A DNA stretch of 64,000 bases from a virus (Duplodnaviria > Caudoviricetes). Location: the IMG/VR virus record IMGVR_UViG_3300037067_013225, positions 128,001 through 192,000 of that record; one strand, 5' to 3'. A program made the translations under genes and the position numbers. Numbering within the stretch: position 1 is the first letter of the stretch; each line of letters opens with the position of its first letter. Below, one piece after another: positions 20,011-30,000 of this stretch. Below the pieces are notes generated by a model that saw nothing but the letters and a program-made list of their open reading frames with translations, was not told the origin of the DNA and did not search any database.

Positions 20011-20035
20011 AAAAAGGGCCGGTTTCCCGACCCTT
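20011..20035 (-). terminator. intrinsic terminator
   Basis: GGGUCGG-GAAA-CCGGCCC-UUUUU. Confidence 0.8.
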
Positions 20036-20205
20036 CGACTTTCTCGCCTATCTTGCGAAGTAACCCCTTGGGTACTTTTCAGCGGAAAAGAACCTTCTGG
20101 CACTCATACTGGGTTTCTGCAACGTTGGTGCCGCGTTCGCAGGTTCCCAAATCCGTTCTACGGCCAATGATCGGTTGGTTGGAATATCCCACGGATTCCT
20201 CGTAT
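20011..20205 (-). ncRNA. candidate structured RNA of about 195 nt (may instead encode a 37-aa peptide, 20079-20192)
   Basis: own consensus promoter and terminator; GC-rich; several nested helices. Confidence 0.45.
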
Positions 20206-20211
20206 GCTCAG

Positions 20212-20240
20212 ATTATACCACAATTAGACGCCAATGTCAA
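20212..20240 (-). promoter_or_regulatory. consensus sigma70 promoter
   Basis: TTGACA-17-TATAAT with extended TG. Confidence 0.85.
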
Positions 20241-20412
20241 GCGTTACAGGCATCATTCTGTCTCATCCCCAGAATCAGCGTCATGTACGACAAGATTTTC
20301 CCATTGCCCACTGTGACAGAATTCACACTCTATATATAGTTGGGTTTGTGGTACATGTCTAACGTTATTAAGTTGCAAAAACAAAATATTATGTCCGCAT
20401 GGCGATAGCATT

Positions 20413-22410
20413 TCATTGTGCATATGGATGTCCGTATTTATTGATATATTCTGCGCTAAAATTATACTGATATTCTGGATCTAAATCTGTTGGATATTTA
20501 TCGAACAAAATAATTCCTACACGGCCCTCATTTCGTTGAACATAGATAGAGCAGCCCTTTAAGTTATGTTCATATGCGGCAATATATATTTTCTCTATTT
20601 CTGCCGGTGATGCATTATTCTCGTTAAGATTATATGTTACAGACACAGATGCATCGATCCATTTCTGAATACCTTCCATGAGGGATATTTTTTTGCGCCA
20701 ATTAATTTCATGTGCAACTTTGCATTCTTTTTTTGTGATTGCGGAATCCATTAATGCGATTTTTTCTTGGTCGGTAGATAATAGTTCCGGATCTATTCCG
20801 GTGCGTTCTAGGACAATTTGCCGTGCCACAGGATGTAAAATCAGTTGCCAGCGCCATTCATAGGGATAATTTTTCGGCACCACTCTAGTTCTGCGATAGT
20901 ACCAAGTATCCATGATTGGCTCTACTCCTGATGACGACTTCAATATGATTGATCCCGTACCAACAGGAGGTATTGTCAAACAACATACATTTCTCATTCC
21001 GTATTCGAAATCGCTATATTGGAACGTACCAGAATCGATTAAATGTTTCATAAATCCGGATTTAAATATCGGATGCTGAGAAATGACGTGCTTGGCTCTA
21101 TCAACTTTCCACAAACACCACGGTTTTCCATGAGATGATATAGTAGAATCATCCCATGCCGGATATGGTTCACGTTCTTTAGCCAACTTAATACTCTGTT
21201 TATACGCACCGATACACATTGCGCGAGTTAATTGTTCCGCGATATCGCATGCGCGATCTGAATCGTAAGCTATTCCACAGCGCAATAGATAGTCGGCTAG
21301 CCCGGTATATCCTACGCCAACACGACGCAATGCTTCTAAATCCTTGCGCTGTATAACTGTGGGACAGCGATCATCTCTAAGCTGGCAGGATACCGTGTTA
21401 TCTAGGAAATGTAATATTTCTCCCGCACGTGATTCTACCAACACCAAGGCTTTATCAAGATCGATTGGAAGATCGGCTAGATTAATATTGGATAACACAC
21501 ATGACGATCCATTTGATAGGATTTCCTCCGAGCAGCCATTAACCGATGCTATAGGATATCCTATGGCATCACTGTTGGACATGCGTTGTGATGTAGACCA
21601 ATATAATAACCCAGGTTCAGCATGTTCGTATGCATTCTGGGCGATTAGCTTCATTAATTTGCGTGCTTTAATAGTTTTGTATATTTTGTTGTCGAAGGTT
21701 AGATCCCATGTTGCGTTCTTTTTATACGCTTCGAAAAATGCATTGCTTATTTTTATGGAAATGTTAGCGGATTGAATTTTAGTATAGTCGCTTTTAACCG
21801 TAATAAATTCTTCTATATCGGGATGATTATCGTCAATGCATAATAGAAGCGCGCCGCGCCTATTGTGCGCGGCGATCAATCCGGTTGTTTGACTAAATAG
21901 TTGCATCCATGAAACCGCACCGGTGGAGGTTTTTGCCGCATTGTGTGTGGGTGATCCAGCGGGACGTAGAGCGGTCATGTCATAGCCAAGCCCTTCTCCG
22001 CGAGAACTGACTTTGGCGGTAATATATGCGGCTTCAAATATCCCTTCTAATGAATCTGCCTCTATGGGATCTCCGTTTCTATCTACGCCCAATGCGAATC
22101 CGGTGCAATTAATTAGAGATGTTTTGTCGGTATTTCCTGCACCATATATGATGCGTCCACCCGGAATAAATTCGCGATTGAACATCATTGAAAACCATTT
22201 TAGAGCCTTGGCCTGTTGTGAAGCTTTGTCTGGCTCTACTGATGCTATATATGTAGCTATACGCCAAAATACTTCGCCGGGAGTTTCTTTTGTTCCATCG
22301 GGCTTATCTAGGGCATATTTGCGATTAAATACATCTATTGCAAATTGATCGTGATTGAAATATTCTTCCGTTGTGATTGCTATTTCTGTCGGTTGCGATT
22401 GCTGTGTCAA
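20413..22410 (-). CDS. nrdJ: class II (adenosylcobalamin-dependent) ribonucleotide reductase, catalytic subunit
   Basis: FIPGGRI, LINC, SANISI, EPGLLY, NGCSEE, SCVLSNINL, RRVGVGYTGLAD, TIPPVGT, SSGVEP, IDASVSVT, LKGCSIY. Confidence 0.85.
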   Translation of the reverse strand: MTQQSQPTEIAITTEEYFNHDQFAIDVFNRKYALDKPDGTKETPGEVFWRIATYIASVEPDKASQQAKALKWFSMMFNREFIPGGRIIYGAGNTDKTSLINCTGFALGVDRNGDPIEADSLEGIFEAAYITAKVSSRGEGLGYDMTALRPAGSPTHNAAKTSTGAVSWMQLFSQTTGLIAAHNRRGALLLCIDDNHPDIEEFITVKSDYTKIQSANISIKISNAFFEAYKKNATWDLTFDNKIYKTIKARKLMKLIAQNAYEHAEPGLLYWSTSQRMSNSDAIGYPIASVNGCSEEILSNGSSCVLSNINLADLPIDLDKALVLVESRAGEILHFLDNTVSCQLRDDRCPTVIQRKDLEALRRVGVGYTGLADYLLRCGIAYDSDRACDIAEQLTRAMCIGAYKQSIKLAKEREPYPAWDDSTISSHGKPWCLWKVDRAKHVISQHPIFKSGFMKHLIDSGTFQYSDFEYGMRNVCCLTIPPVGTGSIILKSSSGVEPIMDTWYYRRTRVVPKNYPYEWRWQLILHPVARQIVLERTGIDPELLSTDQEKIALMDSAITKKECKVAHEINWRKKISLMEGIQKWIDASVSVTYNLNENNASPAEIEKIYIAAYEHNLKGCSIYVQRNEGRVGIILFDKYPTDLDPEYQYNFSAEYINKYGHPYAQ

Positions 22411-22413
22411 GTG

Positions 22414-22713
22414 TTATTCCTCGAAAAATTTACCATATAGCGCATTCATTATTTCGCTCGATTGTATAGCTTGCAATCCGCGCTTCTTCCATTCCCAATT
22501 AACCTGAAAGTCATGGCACCATATTTGGATGGGCATTTTACCGCAAGGGCAATGCAATCCCTCATTGGTAGCGATTAATCTGCCATGATTTAGTTGTTCC
22601 ATTCTATTGCAATCATCGTAAGAACAGCAAGTGAACGGATGAAACATGCCGCATTTTTGATATTCATTAAATGAAGCTACTTCGTCATCTGTAAATGGTG
22701 CTTCTTTTTTCAT
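22414..22713 (-). CDS. hypothetical Cys-rich protein
   Basis: 99 aa, HPFTC and CPCG. Confidence 0.5.
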   Translation of the reverse strand: MKKEAPFTDDEVASFNEYQKCGMFHPFTCCSYDDCNRMEQLNHGRLIATNEGLHCPCGKMPIQIWCHDFQVNWEWKKRGLQAIQSSEIMNALYGKFFEE

Positions 22714-23486
22714 TTAAGTTTTTCCTTAACTTCCGCAAGGAAATCGTCTACGATATCCGATAGTGCGGAACTCCATTGTTTGCTATTTGATAGACGTTGT
22801 TCCAGTTTATCGATATATTCGGTTAGACATCCTACATGCGTTTGTGCATATCTTCCCGTTCCAAATAATCCGCGTGGTACATAGATTGACGGCCAACGAG
22901 ACGGCTTGCCAGACCATGGTTCACACGGTTCGCCACACAAACAACACGGATCTGTTGCATGTACATCTGTTTGGCTGGACAAAATCGTTTCCAGTTCAGA
23001 TATGCGTTTTTGATATTCCTCAATCATATCCGTTTGTATTTCTAATTCTACGCATTTCTGACATTGTGTTGTCCCCTCCCATAGCTCGTCAGAATATCCA
23101 CCATAGCGGGGGAACATGGCTCCACAGGTTGAACAGATATGAACATCAGATAGACTGTTGTTCTGCACTTTCAAATTCGCAACCAATGCATTGAGGGCAT
23201 CCACTTCTATGCACTTAGAACATCGCGTTACTCCATCCCACGCGGCATCCGGCAACCCGCGTCGATCAAACATTGCACCACATGTAGAGCAGGTGAATAG
23301 ATCGGATAGATTATTGATGCGTGTATTTTTTGCATCAAGTTGACGTACCACTGATTCAGGCAACTCAATCATTTCGTTATAATCTTCTCCGCAACCTAGA
23401 TTGCACCACCAAAGACGATTTTGCGGGTGATAACCGCACACTTTACATGCATAATGTTTATCCATCTTCAACCTCGCATTCATCAT
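22710..23486 (-). CDS. multi-zinc-finger protein with internal duplication
   Basis: two copies of LSD..CSTCGAMF..W.G.T.C.KC.E plus other CxxC pairs. Confidence 0.6.
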   Translation of the reverse strand: MMNARLKMDKHYACKVCGYHPQNRLWWCNLGCGEDYNEMIELPESVVRQLDAKNTRINNLSDLFTCSTCGAMFDRRGLPDAAWDGVTRCSKCIEVDALNALVANLKVQNNSLSDVHICSTCGAMFPRYGGYSDELWEGTTQCQKCVELEIQTDMIEEYQKRISELETILSSQTDVHATDPCCLCGEPCEPWSGKPSRWPSIYVPRGLFGTGRYAQTHVGCLTEYIDKLEQRLSNSKQWSSALSDIVDDFLAEVKEKLK

Positions 23487-23709
23487 CTGATGATGCCCAA
23501 GCGATCATATCCGGAGTCAAACTAATCGTGCATTCACCTCGCCCGCACTTGGCGAGAACGCACATTTTGGCAAATCTTGGACGTGGTGTGTTACATTTGG
23601 GGCATACCAATAATCCATCTGCATATATTTGTTCGCAGTTGATATTTATGGTAAAATCTACTCGTTCGTAGCAATCCTTCCCCATACAACCGTAATTATG
23701 TTCACTCAT
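23458..23709 (-). CDS. small Cys-rich protein
   Basis: 83 aa, several Cys pairs. Confidence 0.45.
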   Translation of the reverse strand: MSEHNYGCMGKDCYERVDFTININCEQIYADGLLVCPKCNTPRPRFAKMCVLAKCGRGECTISLTPDMIAWASSDDECEVEDG

Positions 23710-23889
23710 TTATCCTTTCCTTGAAAGATCCCTAGATTGTTCTCTTACTTTTGATGCGAAATCCCCACCCAGCGGCTCTAATAAATCTTCACTTTGCGTT
23801 TCATAAATATATAATTCCTCCATACAATTGGGACATATGCCATCATACATACGGCATCCGCAATCTTCGCAATAACTATATGTGGACAT
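23710..23889 (-). CDS. small zinc-ribbon protein (59 aa, absent from ORF track)
   Basis: hand translation MSTYSYCEDCGCRMYDGICPNCMEE..; AGGAG RBS; fills the gap between neighbours. Confidence 0.6.
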   Translation of the reverse strand: MSTYSYCEDCGCRMYDGICPNCMEELYIYETQSEDLLEPLGGDFASKVREQSRDLSRKG

Positions 23890-24613
23890 GTTCTCTCCTT
23901 AGAAATAGCTTTTCTGTAGCCTTTTTAGAGGCAATATCTTTCGTTAATGACGAACAAACATTCTGAGACCACAAACATACCCAATCTGGCGGTGCGTTAT
24001 ATTCGGAGACAAAAACCGGATTAGTTTGCGATTGGATATTGCACCACTCCCAAAATTCATCATGCGAAAAAGGTATTTCATACTGTGTGCTATTTTGATA
24101 TGGCGGATCGCAATACACTAGGGTATTTTTGGGTATGAATAGATCTTTGTAATTCATAGATATAAATTTTACGGTTTGAATATGTGGTAATTGTTTTAAT
24201 ACGTTATTTTTGCTTTCTAGACAGTGATTTCTTGGATCGCCATTCTTATTCTTACTTCGTGCATATCCACCAAACCACTTTCCCGCATAAGAACATCCCA
24301 CACCGATAAAACCAATATTAGCGGCAATGTCACGTTCTTTGGCGAATGATTCGCGACTTAGCAATCTATAGAAATTGTAAGTTTTTTCATCCAAGTCATC
24401 GGGTGGTATCCATCCGTTTTGTAGAGCCTGGAACATTTTTATTACGTAGATATTGATATCATTGCCGATGCGATTGAAAGTGGGAGGCACTTTTTCGATT
24501 AGATTAGCACCTCCCACGAAGGGTTCTAGCCAATTGGCGCGATTTGGCGCATATTTGAGCATTACCTGGATAAGCTCAGCCGCATATTTGGATTTCGAAC
24601 CCATGTACTTCAT
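23876..24613 (-). CDS. DNA N6-adenine methyltransferase (Dam/D12 class)
   Basis: KYMGSK, EPFVGG, GNDIN, YCDPPY, VFVSEY. Confidence 0.85.
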   Translation of the reverse strand: MKYMGSKSKYAAELIQVMLKYAPNRANWLEPFVGGANLIEKVPPTFNRIGNDINIYVIKMFQALQNGWIPPDDLDEKTYNFYRLLSRESFAKERDIAANIGFIGVGCSYAGKWFGGYARSKNKNGDPRNHCLESKNNVLKQLPHIQTVKFISMNYKDLFIPKNTLVYCDPPYQNSTQYEIPFSHDEFWEWCNIQSQTNPVFVSEYNAPPDWVCLWSQNVCSSLTKDIASKKATEKLFLRREHVHI

Positions 24614-24928
24614 TTATTCGCCGCCCAATTTCTTCAGCAGATTATTCCAAATTGCTTCAAGCTCCTCCTTATCAAAATTCGCAATCATCTTCTTGAACCA
24701 CGCCGTAAGCTTTGCAAACTTGCGTTCGCCCAGCTTATATAGCTTGATCAATCCGATATGTACGGCAAAATCGGTAATCTTATCGTCTAGCTTGGATAAA
24801 TCCAACACATCCAAATCGCCAAATTTCTTTTCCAACTTGGCCTTTAGTGTGTCGATAAGTGCGGGATCAATTTGCAATCCCTTACCCTTCACCAGCTCTA
24901 CGAAATTTAAAAACTGACGCTTGTTCAT
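24614..24928 (-). CDS. hypothetical basic helical protein
   Basis: 104 aa, AGGAG RBS, Lys/Leu-rich. Confidence 0.55.
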   Translation of the reverse strand: MNKRQFLNFVELVKGKGLQIDPALIDTLKAKLEKKFGDLDVLDLSKLDDKITDFAVHIGLIKLYKLGERKFAKLTAWFKKMIANFDKEELEAIWNNLLKKLGGE

Positions 24929-24972
24929 ACGTACTCCTAAAAAATATTACCTATTTATGATATTAATATTTA

Positions 24973-25602
24973 TCAAAAATCAATTTCTTGAAATTCTTTT
25001 AATTCAGAGTTCAGGGCGGCAATGGCGATATCAGCAAAGTTTATGTTTGGATTAGCTTGTGCGGCACAAAGAGCAGCATGAGCAGCATAAGCGGCAGTAT
25101 GAGCACCACTAGTACCAGCGGCATAAGCAACATAATAAGCAACATTAGTGATACTAGCAGCAGCATAAGTAGCATGAACGGCAGCGTAATAAGCGGCAGC
25201 GGTATTAGCAGCAGCACGAGGATGAGTTTTAGCCCGAAGCTTCCCTGATACAGTTTTGGCAGTCTCGGAGCTTCGATCCGTTCCATCAATCCAGGCATTC
25301 GCCCACGAAACGAACACAGGATCGTTGTACACGGCTAGCGCGCATTGGATCGCAAACCACTGACGCTGAACAAGAGTGAATTCCGGCACATAGGTCTCTC
25401 GCAGAAGTGTGAATTCGCCGTCAAAGCGCAGAAGATTATTTTTCTTGCCAGATGCTTCAAAAATCCTAAGATGTCCGAATCTCTCGAATATGGGGGTCGA
25501 AAGTACAGCTAATTCCGGGTTGGCGTAAGCAAAACCGAAGCGTTTTATGCCGATTTCCCACAAACCATCATTGTTCATGTTTTCGTCTGTGATCACATAC
25601 AT
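24973..25602 (-). CDS. paralog family member 1 (Ala-rich), IDF-tagged
   Basis: shares IFEASG..FTLLRET.VPEFTLVQRQWFAIQCAL..WANAWI.GTDRS with 26420 and 30296; ends EFQEIDF. Confidence 0.75.
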   Translation of the reverse strand: MYVITDENMNNDGLWEIGIKRFGFAYANPELAVLSTPIFERFGHLRIFEASGKKNNLLRFDGEFTLLRETYVPEFTLVQRQWFAIQCALAVYNDPVFVSWANAWIDGTDRSSETAKTVSGKLRAKTHPRAAANTAAAYYAAVHATYAAASITNVAYYVAYAAGTSGAHTAAYAAHAALCAAQANPNINFADIAIAALNSELKEFQEIDF

Positions 25603-25607
25603 ATTTA

Positions 25608-25754
25608 TCAGAAATCGATCATGGTCAATGGTTTGTCATCCGGAGTATCTGGTGTATCATCGCCAAGGCGCGGCATTCCCATTCCCCATGAGGCGAATGC
25701 CTTAGCCCATAATTTGGGCCAGATATAGTTATCGACGCAATCTTCCGTATTCAT
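25608..25754 (-). CDS. 48-aa IDF-tagged protein (absent from ORF track)
   Basis: MNTEDCVDNYIWPKLWAKAFASWGMGMPRLGDDTPDTPDDKPLTMIDF; GAGGAG upstream. Confidence 0.7.
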   Translation of the reverse strand: MNTEDCVDNYIWPKLWAKAFASWGMGMPRLGDDTPDTPDDKPLTMIDF

Positions 25755-25759
25755 CTAAA

Positions 25760-26095
25760 TCACTCCTCTCCGCAATTTTCACATTTCACCATAGCGGGAT
25801 TTATTAGCGAGGTTTGTATTGCGTTAATAAATCCGCATTTTCTGCATCTAAAAAATTTCCAATATATCACCGCTGGAAAGATCGGTATCAGCATCAAGGC
25901 TCTACAAAAAGCTACTAAACCAATCACTCCGCCATTATATAGGGCCAAATACCAAAATCCATATCGGCTCAAAACAACCATACCCCATCCGTATGCGGTT
26001 ATGGTTACTACCATTATACCATAAGCTAGTGCAAAAAGCAAGGCTATTTGGAGGCAATATTGTAGAGCGCTGGCTGCGCCAGATGTAAGTTTCAT
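25760..26095 (-). CDS. membrane protein with C-terminal zinc ribbon
   Basis: hydrophobic helices, then CRKC..CENC. Confidence 0.55.
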   Translation of the reverse strand: MKLTSGAASALQYCLQIALLFALAYGIMVVTITAYGWGMVVLSRYGFWYLALYNGGVIGLVAFCRALMLIPIFPAVIYWKFFRCRKCGFINAIQTSLINPAMVKCENCGEE

Positions 26096-26102
26096 AGTTT
26101 CC

Positions 26103-26420
26103 TCAGAAATCGATCATTGTTAGTTCTTTATATTTTAGAGATTCGGGTATTAGTGCTTCCAATTTATCTATGCAATCTTGCTTACTTCCTTGATGAAGTA
26201 CACCACCACCACACTCCATCAACATGATAATGTCATTGCGACAAGTATATGCTTTGTAATTACCATCGACTGGTACTATATTCCCATATAAACGGTTGTT
26301 TATATCTACACAGAACAGACAAGAGTCTCTATATTCTGTATACCATGATCTCTCTGTATACCATGATCTCGATCCTTTTTCGCGCATTTCTTGAGGCAAT
26401 TCGTCCCATGATACCATCAT
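26103..26420 (-). CDS. hypothetical protein, IDF-tagged
   Basis: 105 aa ending ELTMIDF. Confidence 0.7.
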   Translation of the reverse strand: MMVSWDELPQEMREKGSRSWYTERSWYTEYRDSCLFCVDINNRLYGNIVPVDGNYKAYTCRNDIIMLMECGGGVLHQGSKQDCIDKLEALIPESLKYKELTMIDF

Positions 26421-27001
26421 TAGAAGTCAATCTCCCAAAATTCTTTTTCAAACCATATCGCTTGCCGTGCAAGATCGGCATAATCTATGCCTGGGATGCC
26501 ATCCGTGGCAGAAACGTAGCTATCAAAATGGAGAGCGCTAGCATAAATGATAGATTTAACGGCCCAAGCGGGGCTAGTATAGAGGAGGGAGTCAAATTTT
26601 CTAATCTCATCGAGAACAGTTTTGGCAGTCTCAACGCTTCGATCCGTTCCATTGATCCAGGCATTCGCCCACGAGACGAACACAGGATCATTGCAGACTT
26701 TTAATGCGCATTGAATTGCAAACCACTGACGCTGAACAAGAGTGAATTCTGGCACATGGGTCTCTCGCAAAAGTGTGAACTTACCGCTAGAGCGCAGAGG
26801 ATGGTTCATTTCTCCCGATGCTTCAAAAATCCTAGGGTGGTCGAATTTCACATATGCGGGTTGTACAAGCACCGCTAGCTCCGGACTGGTATAGGCACGA
26901 CCACAATATATTTCACCGATTTCAACCGGAGTACCATTGGGGATATTCCCAGCTATAACCACATATGAAATTTTCTCACACATATTTAATACGCGCTCCA
27001 T
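26420..27001 (-). CDS. paralog family member 2, IDF-tagged
   Basis: same core as 24973 and 30296; ends EFWEIDF. Confidence 0.75.
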   Translation of the reverse strand: MERVLNMCEKISYVVIAGNIPNGTPVEIGEIYCGRAYTSPELAVLVQPAYVKFDHPRIFEASGEMNHPLRSSGKFTLLRETHVPEFTLVQRQWFAIQCALKVCNDPVFVSWANAWINGTDRSVETAKTVLDEIRKFDSLLYTSPAWAVKSIIYASALHFDSYVSATDGIPGIDYADLARQAIWFEKEFWEIDF

Positions 27002-30000
27002 AAACCTCTCTCAGCCAATGTAGTGTTGGTTCGTCAATATAGCCGGTTGTTTTTACCTCTCGTCTCGTTCTCCCCACAACAGAATAAATCACGATATCGC
27101 AATCTCCGGTTGGTAAATCCTCCAGCAGTGGCTCTACAAATTCATCTGCAACACGTATCATTAATGTAGAACCTTGGGGTTCCCATAAGTTTAGTTGTGA
27201 TGGGTCTTGTATTTTTACTCTACATGATGGCAAATATATATCGCCATCTTCACCGCATTCTGTGCTCAATTGTCCAGATATCGTTATAGGTAGACGTTCT
27301 TTTTTCGCCCGTGTTAAAATATCTATTTTCTCTTCCACAACCTTACTGAATCCAATAGCTTTTAAATTTTGCAATCCATCCGTTATTATAATATTCACAT
27401 ATGGAGATTTATTCTTTTTCGTTGCTTCGATGCTAAAATCTTCCACAAATCCGATAACACTAATATGTGGTGCAATATTGTTCAAAACGTCCGATGGTTT
27501 GATATACGATAGTTGCTTAAAGCATGCGTGTGCCATATACGGATTATATGTGAAGAAATCGCCCAAAACATCATATTCGGCATAAGCTTGATCATCTTGA
27601 GTCGTAACGATAGTTGTACCGGTTAATAACGATAATGCATCATCACGACCGCACAAAGTATCAAAAGCACCCGCATTAATTAATGCCTCAACAACGCGCT
27701 TGTTGCATTGGCGTTTGGGTACGCGAGTTATGAAATCGTCCACAGATGAAAAGGGACGCAGTTCTAGAAGTATTTTTAGAGCCGCAGGTCCAACACCTTT
27801 GATTCCCCCCAAACCAATACGTATAGCTGGATCAGGATCATATTCCACCGTATAGGATTGTCCGGAAGTATTGATGTTGGGCAAAAGTAAGCGATATCCG
27901 CCTTGACGAATATTATTTACAACACCCTTAATTTCTTCCGATTTGCCAATATATGAGTTTAATACAGCGCAATAGAACTCTGTTGGAAAATAATGTTTCA
28001 ACCAAAGCGTCTTATATGCTAGGGCCGCATAAGACATTGCGTGGCCCATGTTGAATGCATATAGCGCAGCATCTTTGATTTGTTTTACGATGTACTCGAT
28101 TTGATTGTGCGTATAGCCATTTTTGATAGCGCCTTGTTCGAAATCGTCCAACAGCAAGGCCATCTTTTCGGGAATTTTTTTCCCGCAAGCACTTCGGAGA
28201 TCGTCTGCTTTTGCTGGTGTAAAACCGGCTATTTTTTTGGCAATTTCCATAATTTGTTCCTGATATACCATAATGCCGCGAGAGCTTTTTAATAGCTGAT
28301 TTAGAGCGGATATTTTGTGTTTAAATCCACCCTTGACATATTGATCTGCCCAACCAGACATAGATACACCAGGGCGGATGATTGAGATTACATCTGCCAA
28401 TTCCAACTCATTTTTTGGATTTGTCGCTCGATAGTATTTTTGAGCCAAAGCGGAGCTTAATTGGAAGATATTATCTAAGCCATGTTCCGCCGCTAAAACA
28501 CTCGTATCGGAAAAGTCCGAATATTCCGGTATGATTTGCTCAGCGTGGCGCTGTTTGATGAAGTGTTCTGCTTCTTCGATTACGGTAACATTGCGTAGTC
28601 CGAGGAAATCAAACTTGATTTGTTTAGTAAATTTCTCTACCGATTCCATATCGAATTCAATCACCGGGAAAGCATCCTCATCACCTCGTCGCACAGGTAC
28701 AATATGATCGATATTGGTGCGACTCATAACGATACCAGATGCATGAATGCCGCGCGCGGAATATCCACCCTCAAGAGGTTTGGCGAGTTGAACAACTTTC
28801 TGTAGATTGTTTCTTGTAATGAAATCGGCCACTTGTTTTTGTTTAATATTCCAATCCAGACTTACTAAATTCCGTGTTCCCGGTTCGCTTTCCGTTAATA
28901 GTTCTGTGAATTCGTTCATGGTGGTAGCAGATACGCCCAATGCTGTCCCTACCGCCTTGACGGCGGTTTTAACAGTATAGCGCAGGTGCGTCCCCAAGTG
29001 GTAAACATGCCCGTAAGTTTCACTTAGATGCTCTAAGAATCTATCTCTACCAGTCCTAGATATATCACAATCGATATCTATCATGGATGTGTATGTACGT
29101 TTGCCATTTTCTATTTTGATACGGCCTTCGTTTAGAAATCGCGCAAAATCTAAATTATAATGAACCGGATCGAATGCCGTGATACCGCATAAATAATTAA
29201 CCAACGAGCTTGCACTGCTACCTCTCGATGGACCTGTAGCGATATGATTATTCCGGCACCAATCTAGTTCATCTGCGACGATTAACAGATAATTAGAGAA
29301 GCCGAAATCTGCGATGATTTTAAGCTCTTCTTTTAGACGTTCATTATATTGGGGGATGTTGAGAGATTTTTTTTCTAGAGCCAAGGCGCATTTTGCTGCC
29401 AAAATGGTAGATGCCGTTTCTTCATCTAGTACGGTATCGTTTAATTTAAATTGGGGCAGATTGTAATCTTCTACCGATGGATTAAATATCTCTATGCGAT
29501 CTGCTATTTCTCCACTTTGATGGACATATTTATCATCAAATTGATCGAGCATTTCTTGCTCGCTCTTGAAATAAAACGATTCGTCATAGACATATACGAA
29601 ATTTTTATCGCCAAGCTTTTTAGATTGTTTTTTGGATAGGAGGATTTTATGAGTATCTAGATGCGACGGTTCGACAAAATGAACGTCGTTTGTGGCGACT
29701 ACAGGTAGGCTATATTTTCCAGCTAAAGCGATTATTTGCGCATTAAGTGGTTCTTGGATATCTACGGATGGATGTTTTTGCACTTCTAAATAAAAGCGGT
29801 CTTTGAAAATATCATTCCACCGTTGTAAGCGTTCCTCAGCCTCCAAGGCTCTATCATCTTTCAATAATTTGCATATCAGTCCTCCCACACATGCACTTAA
29901 GCTTATTATCCCCTCATTATGTTGTTCTATTTCATTCCACGATATTCTCGGTCTGTAATAAAATCCCTCAGTATTAGCTATGGAGGAGAGTTTTACCAGA

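Noticed and set aside
25041-25298. Leu/Met-rich ORFs 25041-25298 and 30364-30618 as membrane peptides, and other nested or antisense ORFs in the track
   Set aside because: Frame-shifted shadows of Ala-rich (GCT) repeats or of longer genes, without RBS or promoter support.
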